A stretch of DNA of 64,000 bases. Origin: a virus. The position numbers were made by a program, and so were the translations under genes. Under the pieces are notes generated by a model. The model was not told where the DNA came from and did not search any database. It saw nothing but the letters and a program-made list of their open reading frames with translations. Of this stretch, positions 54,429 through 64,000 are shown piece after piece. The number at the start of each line of letters is the position of its first letter. The first letter of the stretch is position 1. The DNA lies in the IMG/VR virus record IMGVR_UViG_3300023174_000057, positions 102,765 through 166,764 of that record. One strand, 5' to 3'.

Positions 54429-57400
54429 ATGCCCACGGACCTGAACATTCTCAAAAAGGCGTTTCAGAACGCGACGGCCACCTACGAGACGGTGACGCCG
54501 GGGAACGAGCCCCTCACTCGTAGGGAGTCCGTACAGGCCGAACAGGTCTTCGGTGCTCCAGCGATCCCCAACGAGGTGGGCGGATGGGTGGCCTCGGGCG
54601 GGTTCCCGTACCAATCCACGGAGTACCTCGTGGGCTCTACCGCCTTCCCGATCCAGACCGGGGTGATGCCCCCGGCGCGAGGGTACAGCGAGACGAATCC
54701 CGGCGCGGCGGGCTACGCCGACGTGGACTTCGTCCCGTACAACTGGGGCACCAACCGCTTCGGCAACAAGGGCGGCGCGCTCCTCGGGCACCCGATTTCT
54801 TGGGAGGTCGTCGGCCCCACGGCGAAGTCCCCGTACCTCCACTGGCAGTGGGCGGTGAATGGCAACACCATCTCTCTGGAATTCGGAGCGACTACCGTTG
54901 CGCTCACGGGTGGTGGCGGGTCCGTCCCCACGGTAAAAGACGCCTACAACCTGTCGGCGGGCGGCATCGGTGACTACAACGGGGGCCTGTACGTCCTCGT
55001 GACCCTCACGGGCGGCGAGGCAGACGCCACGGGCGCGGGGGCGCTCCTTGGCCCCGCCAGCCCTCTCACCCCGACCAACCCCGGCACTTCCTCGTTTGAG
55101 GTGTTCCGTGTCAAGAGCTACGCGGGGCAGACGATCACTCTGGAGACCGGCAAGCTCTTATCGGGCTACTTCACGGTGCCGCTACTGACTCCCAAGATCA
55201 AATCGATCACCCTCATCCGCCCCAAGGTTACACGTCTGGCGGCGTTTCCGTTGGTGGTCGGTGGGGCACAGCGCAACCAAGTGTTCACCTTCCTCCCGCC
55301 CGAGACGGCGGCGCGCTCGGAGCTTCTCCCCCCGTACATCGGTGCTGGCACCTGTCCCGATTGGTCGGTGAACGGCATCGGCACCATCGTGAGTGACGGG
55401 AACTACGGGGAAGACACACCCCTCCCGGTGCCGCTGCCCCTGTACCGACTCGACGGGTACATCGACGCTTCGTTGAACGTCCTCAACCAGATGCAGGTGA
55501 ACGTCACCCTTGGTGCGGGTCAGTCCATCACCCAAGGGCAGATCGTTCGTGTCACGTCTCACGCCCGAGATGCGGTCACTTCTTCCCAAGAGCCCAGCGT
55601 ATTCGGTTACTTCGAGTCTCTCACCAACCTCTTTGGCTCAGGCACGCTCGACCTCCGTCGCATCCCAGAGGTGAATCCTGCCACGGGGGAGGTTTTCTAC
55701 GGTCCCGGACCTTCGGGCGGGGTGACCGACTTCGTGTCTGTCGAGGTGTACGACCCGATCAGCACGGTCTTCACCGACCCGGTGCTGAACGTCGCGAAGG
55801 TGGCGGCGACAAGGCTCGACCACCTCATCGACCCCCGCAACGCCCCGTACACGTTTCAGCGGTTCTCTGGGACAGACTCGCCCGTTGGTACCGCCACCCC
55901 GCCGGGGGCTTCGATCTTCGACACGGTGACGGATTCCCCCAACCCCGGCAACCTCACGGAGCTCGGGTTCCGCGTGGTGCTGTTCCCGGCCAAGGAGGTG
56001 TCGGGGGACGCCGTACCCGACTTCGACAACCCGATCATCAGCGAACGGGTGGTGCTGGACCCCTCGCTGCCCGCGACGACGGTGCAGACCATCGAGGTTG
56101 ACTACGCCGCAGGCGTCCTCTACCTGTCGCACCAGCCCGTGCCGGGACCGGGCTGCACGGTGGCTACGGGCATCTACGGCACTAGCGGGAACAACCCTCG
56201 GGGTGAGATCGTCCTGTTCGCCTCGTGCGTGCCGTACTCCCGCGAGGAGACGCAGCGCGGCGGCGGCATCCGGGTGAAGGCCACGCGCCCGGTGAGTGAC
56301 CTCAACCCCTTCGGAGAGCACGACGCCTTCGACGTGTACGGGAAGCGGTGTCTCGCCACCCCATCGCCCGTGGGACCATTTTCCTCGGGGTCGAACCTGA
56401 CCATCACCCTAGATACGGGTGAGTTCCCACCGCAGACGGGATGGTTCTACTTCGTCGAGGTCACGGGAGGGACCGTCTCCTTGGTCTCCCGACCGAACTA
56501 CTATTCTTGGTACGACGGCGCGAGCCCCGGCGTTCTCTACTCGGTGTCCGTGAACGGTGGTCCGTACACCATCACGGCGGACACCAAGGTGGTGTTCATC
56601 AAGGGGCCGTGGAACCAAGTCCCGACGACGGATCTCTGGTACGCGGGCACCACGCGGGGCTCTTCCAAGCGCGCGGACTCCCTCAACTTCAAGGGTGCGA
56701 ACGTCTCCCTCGGTGCGGACGGCTCGGTCACGGTCCAGACCGTCGCCACTCTCGACGAAGCCTATCGGGCGGGTGATACCTCTACCCCCGGTGCGGGACG
56801 GGTCATCACCGTGGACGGCGGGGCGGTCGAGGCACAGCCCGATGCCGCGGACAACAACGACACCTTCCGGTCCAGCTTTCGGGTGTCCGTGGCCGACGTT
56901 TCCGGGGCGAAGTCCCTCACGGGCTTCGACTTCAAGTCGAACGCTTCTGCCCTCATCGCCACGGCTGACCCCTACGCGGGGTTCAGCGACCGACGTGTGT
57001 TCGCCCCGACCTCTACGAGCACCACACTCCCCCCCGGCTTCACGGTGGACGTGACGGGGGATGTGGTAACGGCGACGGGCCAGTTCTTTTGGCTCGCGGG
57101 CACCTATGCGAGAACCCTGCTGATCTTCACCGTGGACCTCATCGAGATCGAGGGCGTCACCTACGTCATCGAAACCTACGGTGGGTCGGGAACCCAAGTC
57201 GTCATCCGCAACCTCGACGGGACCGCCCCCGTTCTCGCTCTCGTGGGCGTACAAGCGACGGTCTACCGCCCAAGGCTGATCACGAACCGTGGTGCGACGG
57301 GCACCCCCGCCGACAACTACAACACTTGGATCACGGCACAGGAGCAGAGCGAGGCGGTCGCGGGTCAGCCCTTCGGCGCACTGAACCTCTTCGCGGGTTC

Positions 57401-58838
57401 GTCTACCGCCATCGCCCCCGGTGACGATGGTGGGAGCACGGCGGCGCTGGCCTTCTGGTCCCGGTACAACTTCTTGGGCGTTGAGGTGAACGCCACACTC
57501 AACTGGCACGACACCTTCGGGCGCTTCAACTCCATCATGAGCACGACGTTCATGACGGGCGGTGCCTACCCCGACTACCTGTACCGGGGGGATTTCGCCA
57601 CCCGTGCGGTGAAGGACACGATCTTCCCGACAGCGCCCGCCTTCGGGCACATCGTCGAGGAGTATTCCGACGTAGAAGCTCGGTACGACTACCTGTCCCT
57701 CGTGCCTCTCATCCCCGGTGGTGCCACCTACAACGCCACGGCGACGGACGTACTTACGGGTGAGGTGACCGTCACCTCGGCGCTCTTGGCCGACCTGATC
57801 CCCTACGGGTCAGCGATCTTCGAGCTCACCAGCGTCAACGGAGACCCCGCCAAGCGGGGTCTGTTCCTCATCACTTCGGGTGCGGCGGCACTGCCGTTCC
57901 CAAACACGTCTTTCTGGCTGCGTGACCTCAACGGCACCGTGGGCACACTGACCCTCGCCCCGTTGTCCGTGGTCAACGGGAACACCCTCACCTTCCGGCT
58001 GCACTTCTCGACCTCCATCGGGAAGCGCAAGGACACCCTATACCTCGACACGGCGCTCGCGGCGGTGTCCCACACCGCATCCCAATCTCTCGGCGTGGGG
58101 CTCGAAACCAACGCCGTAGGTCTGGTCATCAGCGCGCCCATTCGGTATGTCGGTGCCCTCAATGAGGACCGCCACGCCTACCGGGTGACTACTGCCACCA
58201 CTCCCGGCTCGGGGGTATCCCCGTCGAACATCGAGACGGCGGCGCTCGACGTAGAGGGCTACCACAAGGCCGAGGACTACCTGTACCTGTCGTCGCGGAC
58301 CATCACCAAGCAGATCAACAGCCAGCTAGGGCAGAGCTTCGGGTCCACGAACAACCCAGAGTGGCACTGGATCGACGGGAGCCATTACTGGCAGGGGGCG
58401 GGCAACGTCAAGAAGATCAAGTTCCCCCTAGACCTCCCTCGGTCCAGCACCCGTACAAACAGCGCGGCGGCACTCACACACCGCACCCGTCTCACGTCCG
58501 TGATCGTGACGGGCACCTTCGGCGCGGGAGTGACCCCGGCCTACGCGGAGCTTCACAAGATCACGGTGAACCCCGCCGCCGTGCCCACGTCTACGCCTAT
58601 CTATCTCGGTCCTGCCGTGACTCCCATCGCAACGACGTACAACCTCGCCGCCCTCGGTGACACCCAATACACCATTGGTGTGTGGGCCGACAACGCGGGC
58701 ACGGTCCCCGTCTACGTCGATAACACTTCGACGGACTACTACTACCTCACGATCACATCGAGCAACAACACGGGCACAAACGACCGCATCTACGGTGTTT
58801 CTATGGTCTACACCGACCCCGGCCCGCGCAACTACTGA
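54429..58838 (+). CDS. Large virion structural protein (baseplate/tail fibre-like)
   Basis: About 1470 aa, G/T/S-rich beta composition within tail module. Confidence 0.65.
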   Translation: MPTDLNILKKAFQNATATYETVTPGNEPLTRRESVQAEQVFGAPAIPNEVGGWVASGGFPYQSTEYLVGSTAFPIQTGVMPPARGYSETNPGAAGYADVDFVPYNWGTNRFGNKGGALLGHPISWEVVGPTAKSPYLHWQWAVNGNTISLEFGATTVALTGGGGSVPTVKDAYNLSAGGIGDYNGGLYVLVTLTGGEADATGAGALLGPASPLTPTNPGTSSFEVFRVKSYAGQTITLETGKLLSGYFTVPLLTPKIKSITLIRPKVTRLAAFPLVVGGAQRNQVFTFLPPETAARSELLPPYIGAGTCPDWSVNGIGTIVSDGNYGEDTPLPVPLPLYRLDGYIDASLNVLNQMQVNVTLGAGQSITQGQIVRVTSHARDAVTSSQEPSVFGYFESLTNLFGSGTLDLRRIPEVNPATGEVFYGPGPSGGVTDFVSVEVYDPISTVFTDPVLNVAKVAATRLDHLIDPRNAPYTFQRFSGTDSPVGTATPPGASIFDTVTDSPNPGNLTELGFRVVLFPAKEVSGDAVPDFDNPIISERVVLDPSLPATTVQTIEVDYAAGVLYLSHQPVPGPGCTVATGIYGTSGNNPRGEIVLFASCVPYSREETQRGGGIRVKATRPVSDLNPFGEHDAFDVYGKRCLATPSPVGPFSSGSNLTITLDTGEFPPQTGWFYFVEVTGGTVSLVSRPNYYSWYDGASPGVLYSVSVNGGPYTITADTKVVFIKGPWNQVPTTDLWYAGTTRGSSKRADSLNFKGANVSLGADGSVTVQTVATLDEAYRAGDTSTPGAGRVITVDGGAVEAQPDAADNNDTFRSSFRVSVADVSGAKSLTGFDFKSNASALIATADPYAGFSDRRVFAPTSTSTTLPPGFTVDVTGDVVTATGQFFWLAGTYARTLLIFTVDLIEIEGVTYVIETYGGSGTQVVIRNLDGTAPVLALVGVQATVYRPRLITNRGATGTPADNYNTWITAQEQSEAVAGQPFGALNLFAGSSTAIAPGDDGGSTAALAFWSRYNFLGVEVNATLNWHDTFGRFNSIMSTTFMTGGAYPDYLYRGDFATRAVKDTIFPTAPAFGHIVEEYSDVEARYDYLSLVPLIPGGATYNATATDVLTGEVTVTSALLADLIPYGSAIFELTSVNGDPAKRGLFLITSGAAALPFPNTSFWLRDLNGTVGTLTLAPLSVVNGNTLTFRLHFSTSIGKRKDTLYLDTALAAVSHTASQSLGVGLETNAVGLVISAPIRYVGALNEDRHAYRVTTATTPGSGVSPSNIETAALDVEGYHKAEDYLYLSSRTITKQINSQLGQSFGSTNNPEWHWIDGSHYWQGAGNVKKIKFPLDLPRSSTRTNSAAALTHRTRLTSVIVTGTFGAGVTPAYAELHKITVNPAAVPTSTPIYLGPAVTPIATTYNLAALGDTQYTIGVWADNAGTVPVYVDNTSTDYYYLTITSSNNTGTNDRIYGVSMVYTDPGPRNY

Positions 58839-58841
58839 CCA

Positions 58842-59360
58842 ATGGACGGCACCATGAACCCGCTGGACATCATCTACGCTTGGCAGTCGGCCCTTCTCGC
58901 CGTGGTGATCGTCGGCCTCACCCAAGGAGCGAAGGCTGGCATCGAGGCGTACCTCCTCATCAAGAACAAGGGCACCACCAAGACGGGCAAGGAGCTTCGT
59001 GGCGAGGTAGCCATCCTCGACCGGGCGGTGCTCCCCCTCGTGCCCCTCGTGTCGGGTGCCCTCATGGGCGCGTTCATCCCGATGCGCCCGGAGGTGCTGG
59101 TGCAGTACGTCAACGAGCACGGTGGTGGTTCCCGCCTCGCCTACGCCATGTGGGGCGCGGCCATCGGGCAGTTCTCGGACTACCTGTATCAGCGGTTCAA
59201 GCGGATGCTCCCGGCGCAGCCCACCGCGCCCCCGGTAGCAACGGGCACCTACTCCGTGACACCCCCCGCGGAAGAAGCGGCACCCGCGCCCGCCCGCGAC
59301 GACAGCGAGGGCCGGGAAACCATCCCGCCCGCGTCGATTGACGCCCCCCGACAAGACTGA
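58842..59360 (+). CDS. Multi-pass membrane protein (holin-like)
   Basis: 2-3 hydrophobic helices with polar C-tail. Confidence 0.5.
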   Translation: MDGTMNPLDIIYAWQSALLAVVIVGLTQGAKAGIEAYLLIKNKGTTKTGKELRGEVAILDRAVLPLVPLVSGALMGAFIPMRPEVLVQYVNEHGGGSRLAYAMWGAAIGQFSDYLYQRFKRMLPAQPTAPPVATGTYSVTPPAEEAAPAPARDDSEGRETIPPASIDAPRQD

Positions 59361-59380
59361 CCTCGTAGAGTAGGACGCCC

Positions 59381-60166
59381 ATGAGAATCTACGCGGACGT
59401 GAACCGTCTCCCGGACCTCCCGGTCAACGAGACGGACTCGGTCATCATCCAAGTGTCCCCGACGCCTCCTGTGGGCACCTACACGCCCGTCAACGGCAAG
59501 TTCGTCGTGGACATCCCTGACGGGGTCGTTCCGCCGACGATCAACGAGACATCGCGGCTGATCAACCCGCTCAACAACGTGGTGGACTCGATCTTCCAAG
59601 GGCTCCTGCGGGCGTTCCCCGGCTATCGGAACGCCTCTTACAACCCCCTGCTCACCTCGACGGACCTCGCGCTCCTCGACACGACGGCGACGTTCCCGTT
59701 CAATCCCGGCCCCCCCGTGCAGTTCTGGTCCACGAGGGCGCAGACCGGGAGGGTGGGTGTTCCCGCTGGAGTCGCGCCGAACTCCGTGGCGATGCTCGCG
59801 GAGAACCCGCACCCCAACCCGCCGCGACCGGGGCTCCTCATCACGGACACCATCGACATCGGTCCCGCCACGGGCGGTGTGGGCGCGAACAACTTTCTCG
59901 TGTACTGGAAGGTGTACACGATGATGGTGACCGAAGACGTGATGGACTACTCGACCGGAATCAACAGCCCCGCGCTCAAGAACCTCGTCGAAGTCCAGCA
60001 GGACATCGTGGATGTGTACCTCTCGGTCAACGACGGAGGGGGGTATACGCCCGTAACCCGTCTATCCCCCTGCGTAACGTGTGACCCCGGCACGCTGGTT
60101 CGTCTGGCGTTCGTGAACCACAACCCGACCAAGGTCTACCTCGCCGCCTACGCGGTTCTGTTCTGA
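59381..60166 (+). CDS. Hypothetical structural protein
   Basis: 261 aa; AGGA RBS. Confidence 0.6.
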   Translation: MRIYADVNRLPDLPVNETDSVIIQVSPTPPVGTYTPVNGKFVVDIPDGVVPPTINETSRLINPLNNVVDSIFQGLLRAFPGYRNASYNPLLTSTDLALLDTTATFPFNPGPPVQFWSTRAQTGRVGVPAGVAPNSVAMLAENPHPNPPRPGLLITDTIDIGPATGGVGANNFLVYWKVYTMMVTEDVMDYSTGINSPALKNLVEVQQDIVDVYLSVNDGGGYTPVTRLSPCVTCDPGTLVRLAFVNHNPTKVYLAAYAVLF

Positions 60167-60176
60167 AAGGTGCCCC

Positions 60177-63100
60177 ATGCCTGAGAGTTTCGGCCCCGGA
60201 GTCTCCCGCACCCTCTCGGCCCTCGCCCGACAGTTCGCTGCCGTGGTGTGGCAAGCCGACAAGCCCCCGCTGGACAGTGAGCTCAACCTCATGTCGCAGA
60301 TGGAGTGGGAGAACCTCTCGCAGATGGTGCGAGCACAGGTTCACTCGGGATTCTACCTCGATCCGACGCGCTGCGAGGCCGACTACGTCACCGACCCGCT
60401 GAACGCCAACCAGTTCCTCATCACCCCGCCCGTGGACGTTCTTGGGAACGTCGAGGACTCGTCCCCCCTGTACGCGGTGGTGAACGGCTGGGTGATCCCC
60501 GTCGCGGGCACCAGTATGCCGGAAGGCGGTGGCGCGGACACGACGGCCAATCGTGTGCGGCTGTACCCCCCGCCGACGACAGACGCCCGGACGGACCTCG
60601 TCTTCGTGGAAGTGTGGCGCACGCTGGTGTCGCCCACCCCCTCGACGGTCAACAAGCCCTCGTCCACGGATCTCTGGCGGTACGGCAACACCCTGTACGG
60701 GGGGACCAACGTCCCGGACCAGATGGAAGATCCCTCCATCGGGTTTGAGACCACGAAGCGGGTTCAGCTTCAGTACCGCATCCGCGTGGTGGGCAGCGGT
60801 GACTCGGCGGGCGTGTCGATTGACTTGGTCACCTACCCGGACGGGCTCACGGACCCGCAGGTGCTCGCGCAGGGGACGGCAGCGAGCCCCCTCGGTGGCT
60901 TCACCTTCGCGAATATGCGGGACCAGCTTGGCGATCCCTCTCTCTGGCGCGCGGGTGACGGTGCCCCCACCAACGCTCTCGGGACCATCGACGGCTACGT
61001 CTACGCGATCCCGATCTGCGGTGTGTTCCGTCGCAACACGGCGGCGTTCACGGCCATTGCCACGGGCGGTAACCCGAACCAGAACGGTGCGGACGAGCGG
61101 ACCCCAAGTTCTCATGGGCTCGTGGACCCTCTGGCGGGTGCGAGGCTCCTTGGCCAAGCCACCCTCGCGTCCTCCCTCTCGGAGACTCTCACGGGTTGGG
61201 TGACCCTCAACAATTACTCGGCCTCGGCCCTCAACGACCCCAATATGTTCCCGGTGGGCGTCCTGCGGCGCTACCTCGTGCTGGGGTCTGGGATCAATCG
61301 TGAGATCATCGCGATCAACCTCAACACCGATCCGGTGGGGCACCCGAACGACATCTTCATCGACCTCGCAGGACGTGGGCGCGGCGGCACGATGGCTCGG
61401 CAGCACCCGGCGGGCACGACGGTGTCCCTGTACAACAGCCGCCCGGACGGGCTGTACGCCGACCAGATCGCCCCGACCGACATCCTCGACATGAGGCGCT
61501 CGGTCAACTTCGGGGATTGGGACTACACCCGACTTCTCCAGAAGGGCATCTCGGCCCTCGTCCAGAACAACCTCCGCACGGCGTTCAAGCAGTCGGGCAC
61601 GGGCGGTGACTCGGTGGGTCCCGTGACCACGGAGGTCAGCTACTTCAGCGCGACCGTCTCGCCCCCGAACCACGTCGCCCAAGTGGACGGGGCGAACGGC
61701 ATCCGCAACGTGTGGAGCGACAGCGCAGCGTTGCAGAGCGATGTCACTGTCATCCTTGACGACCAAGCCGCACTGAACACCAACAACTACACGACGACGA
61801 CCTTCAACGCGACCATCGCCGCGCAGTGGACCGTTGGGGCGGATTTCCAGCCCAACGGGTTCATGAACAAGGGCACCGGACCGAAAGGTTGGACCAACGG
61901 CTCGGTGGTCTTCGTGGACATCGGTGGGGCGAGCGGGCTCCAAGGGGCTCGCGCGGGCATCCTCAACAACCAACAGGCGGTGAGGTTCCTGTCGCCCAAA
62001 GAAGTCTGGCGATCTGGGGACAACGAGTTCGCCTCCCACCACCCGTGGACCCTGCGCTTCGTCGGCGGGGTGAGCCTCAATGCCCCCACGGCGGTCCCTC
62101 CCACGGTCGATACGAACGCCTACCGTGCGGGGTACATGACCTCGCCGCAACCCACCAACGTATCCCCGACCTACGGGGACAACCCCGGCCCGATGTTCCC
62201 GTTGGCCTCGGCCAACTTTGAGCGCCCCTTCATCGTCCTCGGTGGGGTTCTCAACCCCGCCCTTCGGTTCACGGGCCTCGTGGCGACCGGCACGCTCATC
62301 AACAACATCATCAGCGGGCAGTACGAGATCGTGATCCCCACGATTGATTGGGACACCTTCGCGCTCACGCTCGGCAGGGGCGGAAACCTCCGGGGGTACC
62401 TGTCCAACAACGGCGCGGACTTCACGGGTCTGTCGTCCAAGATCTACGTCGTCGTCTACGGCGACAAGGACTATCGGGACAACAACGGCGCGTTCCAAGT
62501 GATCGGCGCGGGCACTTCTGCCGTCACGGGGGGTGCATACACCCAGAACGTGACGAGCAACGTACACCGTATCGTCGTCCGACCGCTCTCGTCGGACTTC
62601 GATGATTTTGCTGCGTCCGCGAACACGGTCACCATCGAGTTCCGTTCGATGGACATCAACGCGGAGGACGACAACGGCCTCGCCAACCCGCCGCACGGCC
62701 TCGCCGTGGTGCTCACGGACCTCCAAGGCACCAACACCACTCGGTACAGCAACACGACCCCGTGGGGGGATGTTTCCCAACCGCTGGAGGAAGACGGTTC
62801 TTCCCCGGCCAAGCTCGTCCCTGTGGCGTCCAAGGCCACGCTCACGATGGACCTGATGTGGTCGCCCAATCACGGGTCGTCTCCTCGGGTGCCCGACCAG
62901 ATCACTCGCTTCGCGGTGGCGAGCGCCCCCGCAGAATTCGTGCGGACCCCGGCCTCGGTGACGGACTCGCAGTTCATCTTCGACACGGGTTACCCGAACG
63001 GCACCCCGGTGTACGAGTCCACGCAGGTTCAACTCTGGAACCGACTCCCCAGCCGTGGCATCGCCGCACCCTACGCCCCCTACACGAGCTTCGGCGGCGC

Positions 63101-64000
63101 GGTGGTTGGCCTCACGGAGCAGGACCGCGAGGCAGAGCTCTTCGTGGACCCCGGCTCCAAGACGGTGGTCTTCCGTCCTTTCACGGCGAAGACCTCGATC
63201 ATGAAGGGGTTCAGCGTCGTCCCGGTGCCCGGACCCACGCTCGTCGGTACCTCCGACTACCCGAACCTTAACCCCAAGAACGCTCTCGGTATCTTCGTCT
63301 CGTCGATGACAGCGGCCTACGCGGTGCCCCCGGAGTTCATGCCGCGCTTCGGTCGGCAGGACATCCCGTACCACGTCCGCACGGGCACGACCGACCCCGT
63401 GTACCCGGGGATCAACCACCTGTTCGCGGACGGACCCACAGCGACCGATCAGGTGTTCTACATCATCGGGGGCTTGGACAACGGCTCGGCACCGGGCGTC
63501 TTGTCGGTGCTCATGAACACCCTCACCTCGACGCTCAATCCCAACAACTACGGCACCAACGTCACCGTGGGTGGCCTTGCCCACGGGGGCTACGCGGCCC
63601 GGAAGGTGACCCTCACGGACGTGGTGAGCTCGGACCTCGGCGTGGGGTTGAAGGGCATCGAGCTCCCCCCCTACCTTGGGATCGCCCGCCTGTACGGGGT
63701 GTACGAGCAGTCGAACTTCGTCGCCACGATGGTGGGCAACGGCAACGTCGGGGCGTTCCAGAACAGCGACCGGATCACGCCCATCAACAACCCCCCGGTC
63801 AACCTCCTCCGCGAGGATGCCACCAAGCAGACGCTCTTCATCCGTCAGGGAGGTGCCAACACCTTCACGAACCAGAGCGACTCGCACACCTACATCGTCC
63901 CTGACACGGCCTTCGACATCACCCGCATCCCCAGCTACGCCGCGGGGCAGACTTTTGACGACTTTGATTACGTCGTCGAGTGCGTGGTCTTCGGGTTTGG
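60177..64000 (+). CDS. Very large baseplate wedge/tail structural protein, truncated by window end (absent from ORF track)
   Basis: MPESFGPGVSRTL...VVWQADKPPLDSELNL...; + strand codon bias continues to 64000. Confidence 0.7.
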   Translation, partial: MPESFGPGVSRTLSALARQFAAVVWQADKPPLDSELNLMSQMEWENLSQMVRAQVHSGFYLDPTRCEADYVTDPLNANQFLITPPVDVLGNVEDSSPLYAVVNGWVIPVAGTSMPEGGGADTTANRVRLYPPPTTDARTDLVFVEVWRTLVSPTPSTVNKPSSTDLWRYGNTLYGGTNVPDQMEDPSIGFETTKRVQLQYRIRVVGSGDSAGVSIDLVTYPDGLTDPQVLAQGTAASPLGGFTFANMRDQLGDPSLWRAGDGAPTNALGTIDGYVYAIPICGVFRRNTAAFTAIATGGNPNQNGADERTPSSHGLVDPLAGARLLGQATLASSLSETLTGWVTLNNYSASALNDPNMFPVGVLRRYLVLGSGINREIIAINLNTDPVGHPNDIFIDLAGRGRGGTMARQHPAGTTVSLYNSRPDGLYADQIAPTDILDMRRSVNFGDWDYTRLLQKGISALVQNNLRTAFKQSGTGGDSVGPVTTEVSYFSATVSPPNHVAQVDGANGIRNVWSDSAALQSDVTVILDDQAALNTNNYTTTTFNATIAAQWTVGADFQPNGFMNKGTGPKGWTNGSVVFVDIGGASGLQGARAGILNNQQAVRFLSPKEVWRSGDNEFASHHPWTLRFVGGVSLNAPTAVPPTVDTNAYRAGYMTSPQPTNVSPTYGDNPGPMFPLASANFERPFIVLGGVLNPALRFTGLVATGTLINNIISGQYEIVIPTIDWDTFALTLGRGGNLRGYLSNNGADFTGLSSKIYVVVYGDKDYRDNNGAFQVIGAGTSAVTGGAYTQNVTSNVHRIVVRPLSSDFDDFAASANTVTIEFRSMDINAEDDNGLANPPHGLAVVLTDLQGTNTTRYSNTTPWGDVSQPLEEDGSSPAKLVPVASKATLTMDLMWSPNHGSSPRVPDQITRFAVASAPAEFVRTPASVTDSQFIFDTGYPNGTPVYESTQVQLWNRLPSRGIAAPYAPYTSFGGAVVGLTEQDREAELFVDPGSKTVVFRPFTAKTSIMKGFSVVPVPGPTLVGTSDYPNLNPKNALGIFVSSMTAAYAVPPEFMPRFGRQDIPYHVRTGTTDPVYPGINHLFADGPTATDQVFYIIGGLDNGSAPGVLSVLMNTLTSTLNPNNYGTNVTVGGLAHGGYAARKVTLTDVVSSDLGVGLKGIELPPYLGIARLYGVYEQSNFVATMVGNGNVGAFQNSDRITPINNPPVNLLREDATKQTLFIRQGGANTFTNQSDSHTYIVPDTAFDITRIPSYAAGQTFDDFDYVVECVVFGF

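Noticed and set aside
1-64000. Alternative genetic code (stop-codon reassignment)
   Set aside because: Genes are long and tightly packed under the standard code; TGA, TAA and TAG all appear as plausible gene ends
1-64000. tRNA or rRNA genes
   Set aside because: No cloverleaf or rRNA-like sequence recognised in the short intergenic spaces

Overview
This window is a 64-kb, GC-rich segment of a large (jumbo-like) myophage genome covering its virion morphogenesis region. No cellular housekeeping genes, rRNA, tRNA or CRISPR array were recognised. From left to right it holds: head-associated and decoration genes; a neck/adaptor-like gene fractured by a split intein with a free-standing endonuclease between the halves; and an accessory hotspot (about 13.8-25.7 kb) with endonucleases, a deaminase, a zincin protease, a gamma-glutamylcyclotransferase, an Fe/Mn SOD and a vWA protein. 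These are followed by an actin-fold ATPase with an HNH intein, then a giant tail sheath, tail tube, chaperones, tape measure, baseplate hub with a GH73-like muramidase domain, a GIY-YIG insertion and large baseplate/fibre proteins. The most notable unexplained signals are four. (1) A ~30-aa N-terminal leader (MxxLRSKIIRLAHQNPxLRPHLLPLLKTA) is shared by four otherwise unrelated proteins, alongside a second RVAxR(Y/F/H)L tag; together they look like a capsid-targeting and maturation code for packaged cargo. (2) There is an atypically split Ser1/Ser+1 intein with a 32-aa N-fragment. (3) Two promoter-like motifs recur, CG(G/T)T-N6-YYTAT(C/A) and GGGCGTAA-N8/9-start. (4) Several gene insertions left stranded duplicate 3' gene ends. 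All product calls come from motif recognition and gene order by eye; no database searches were run.
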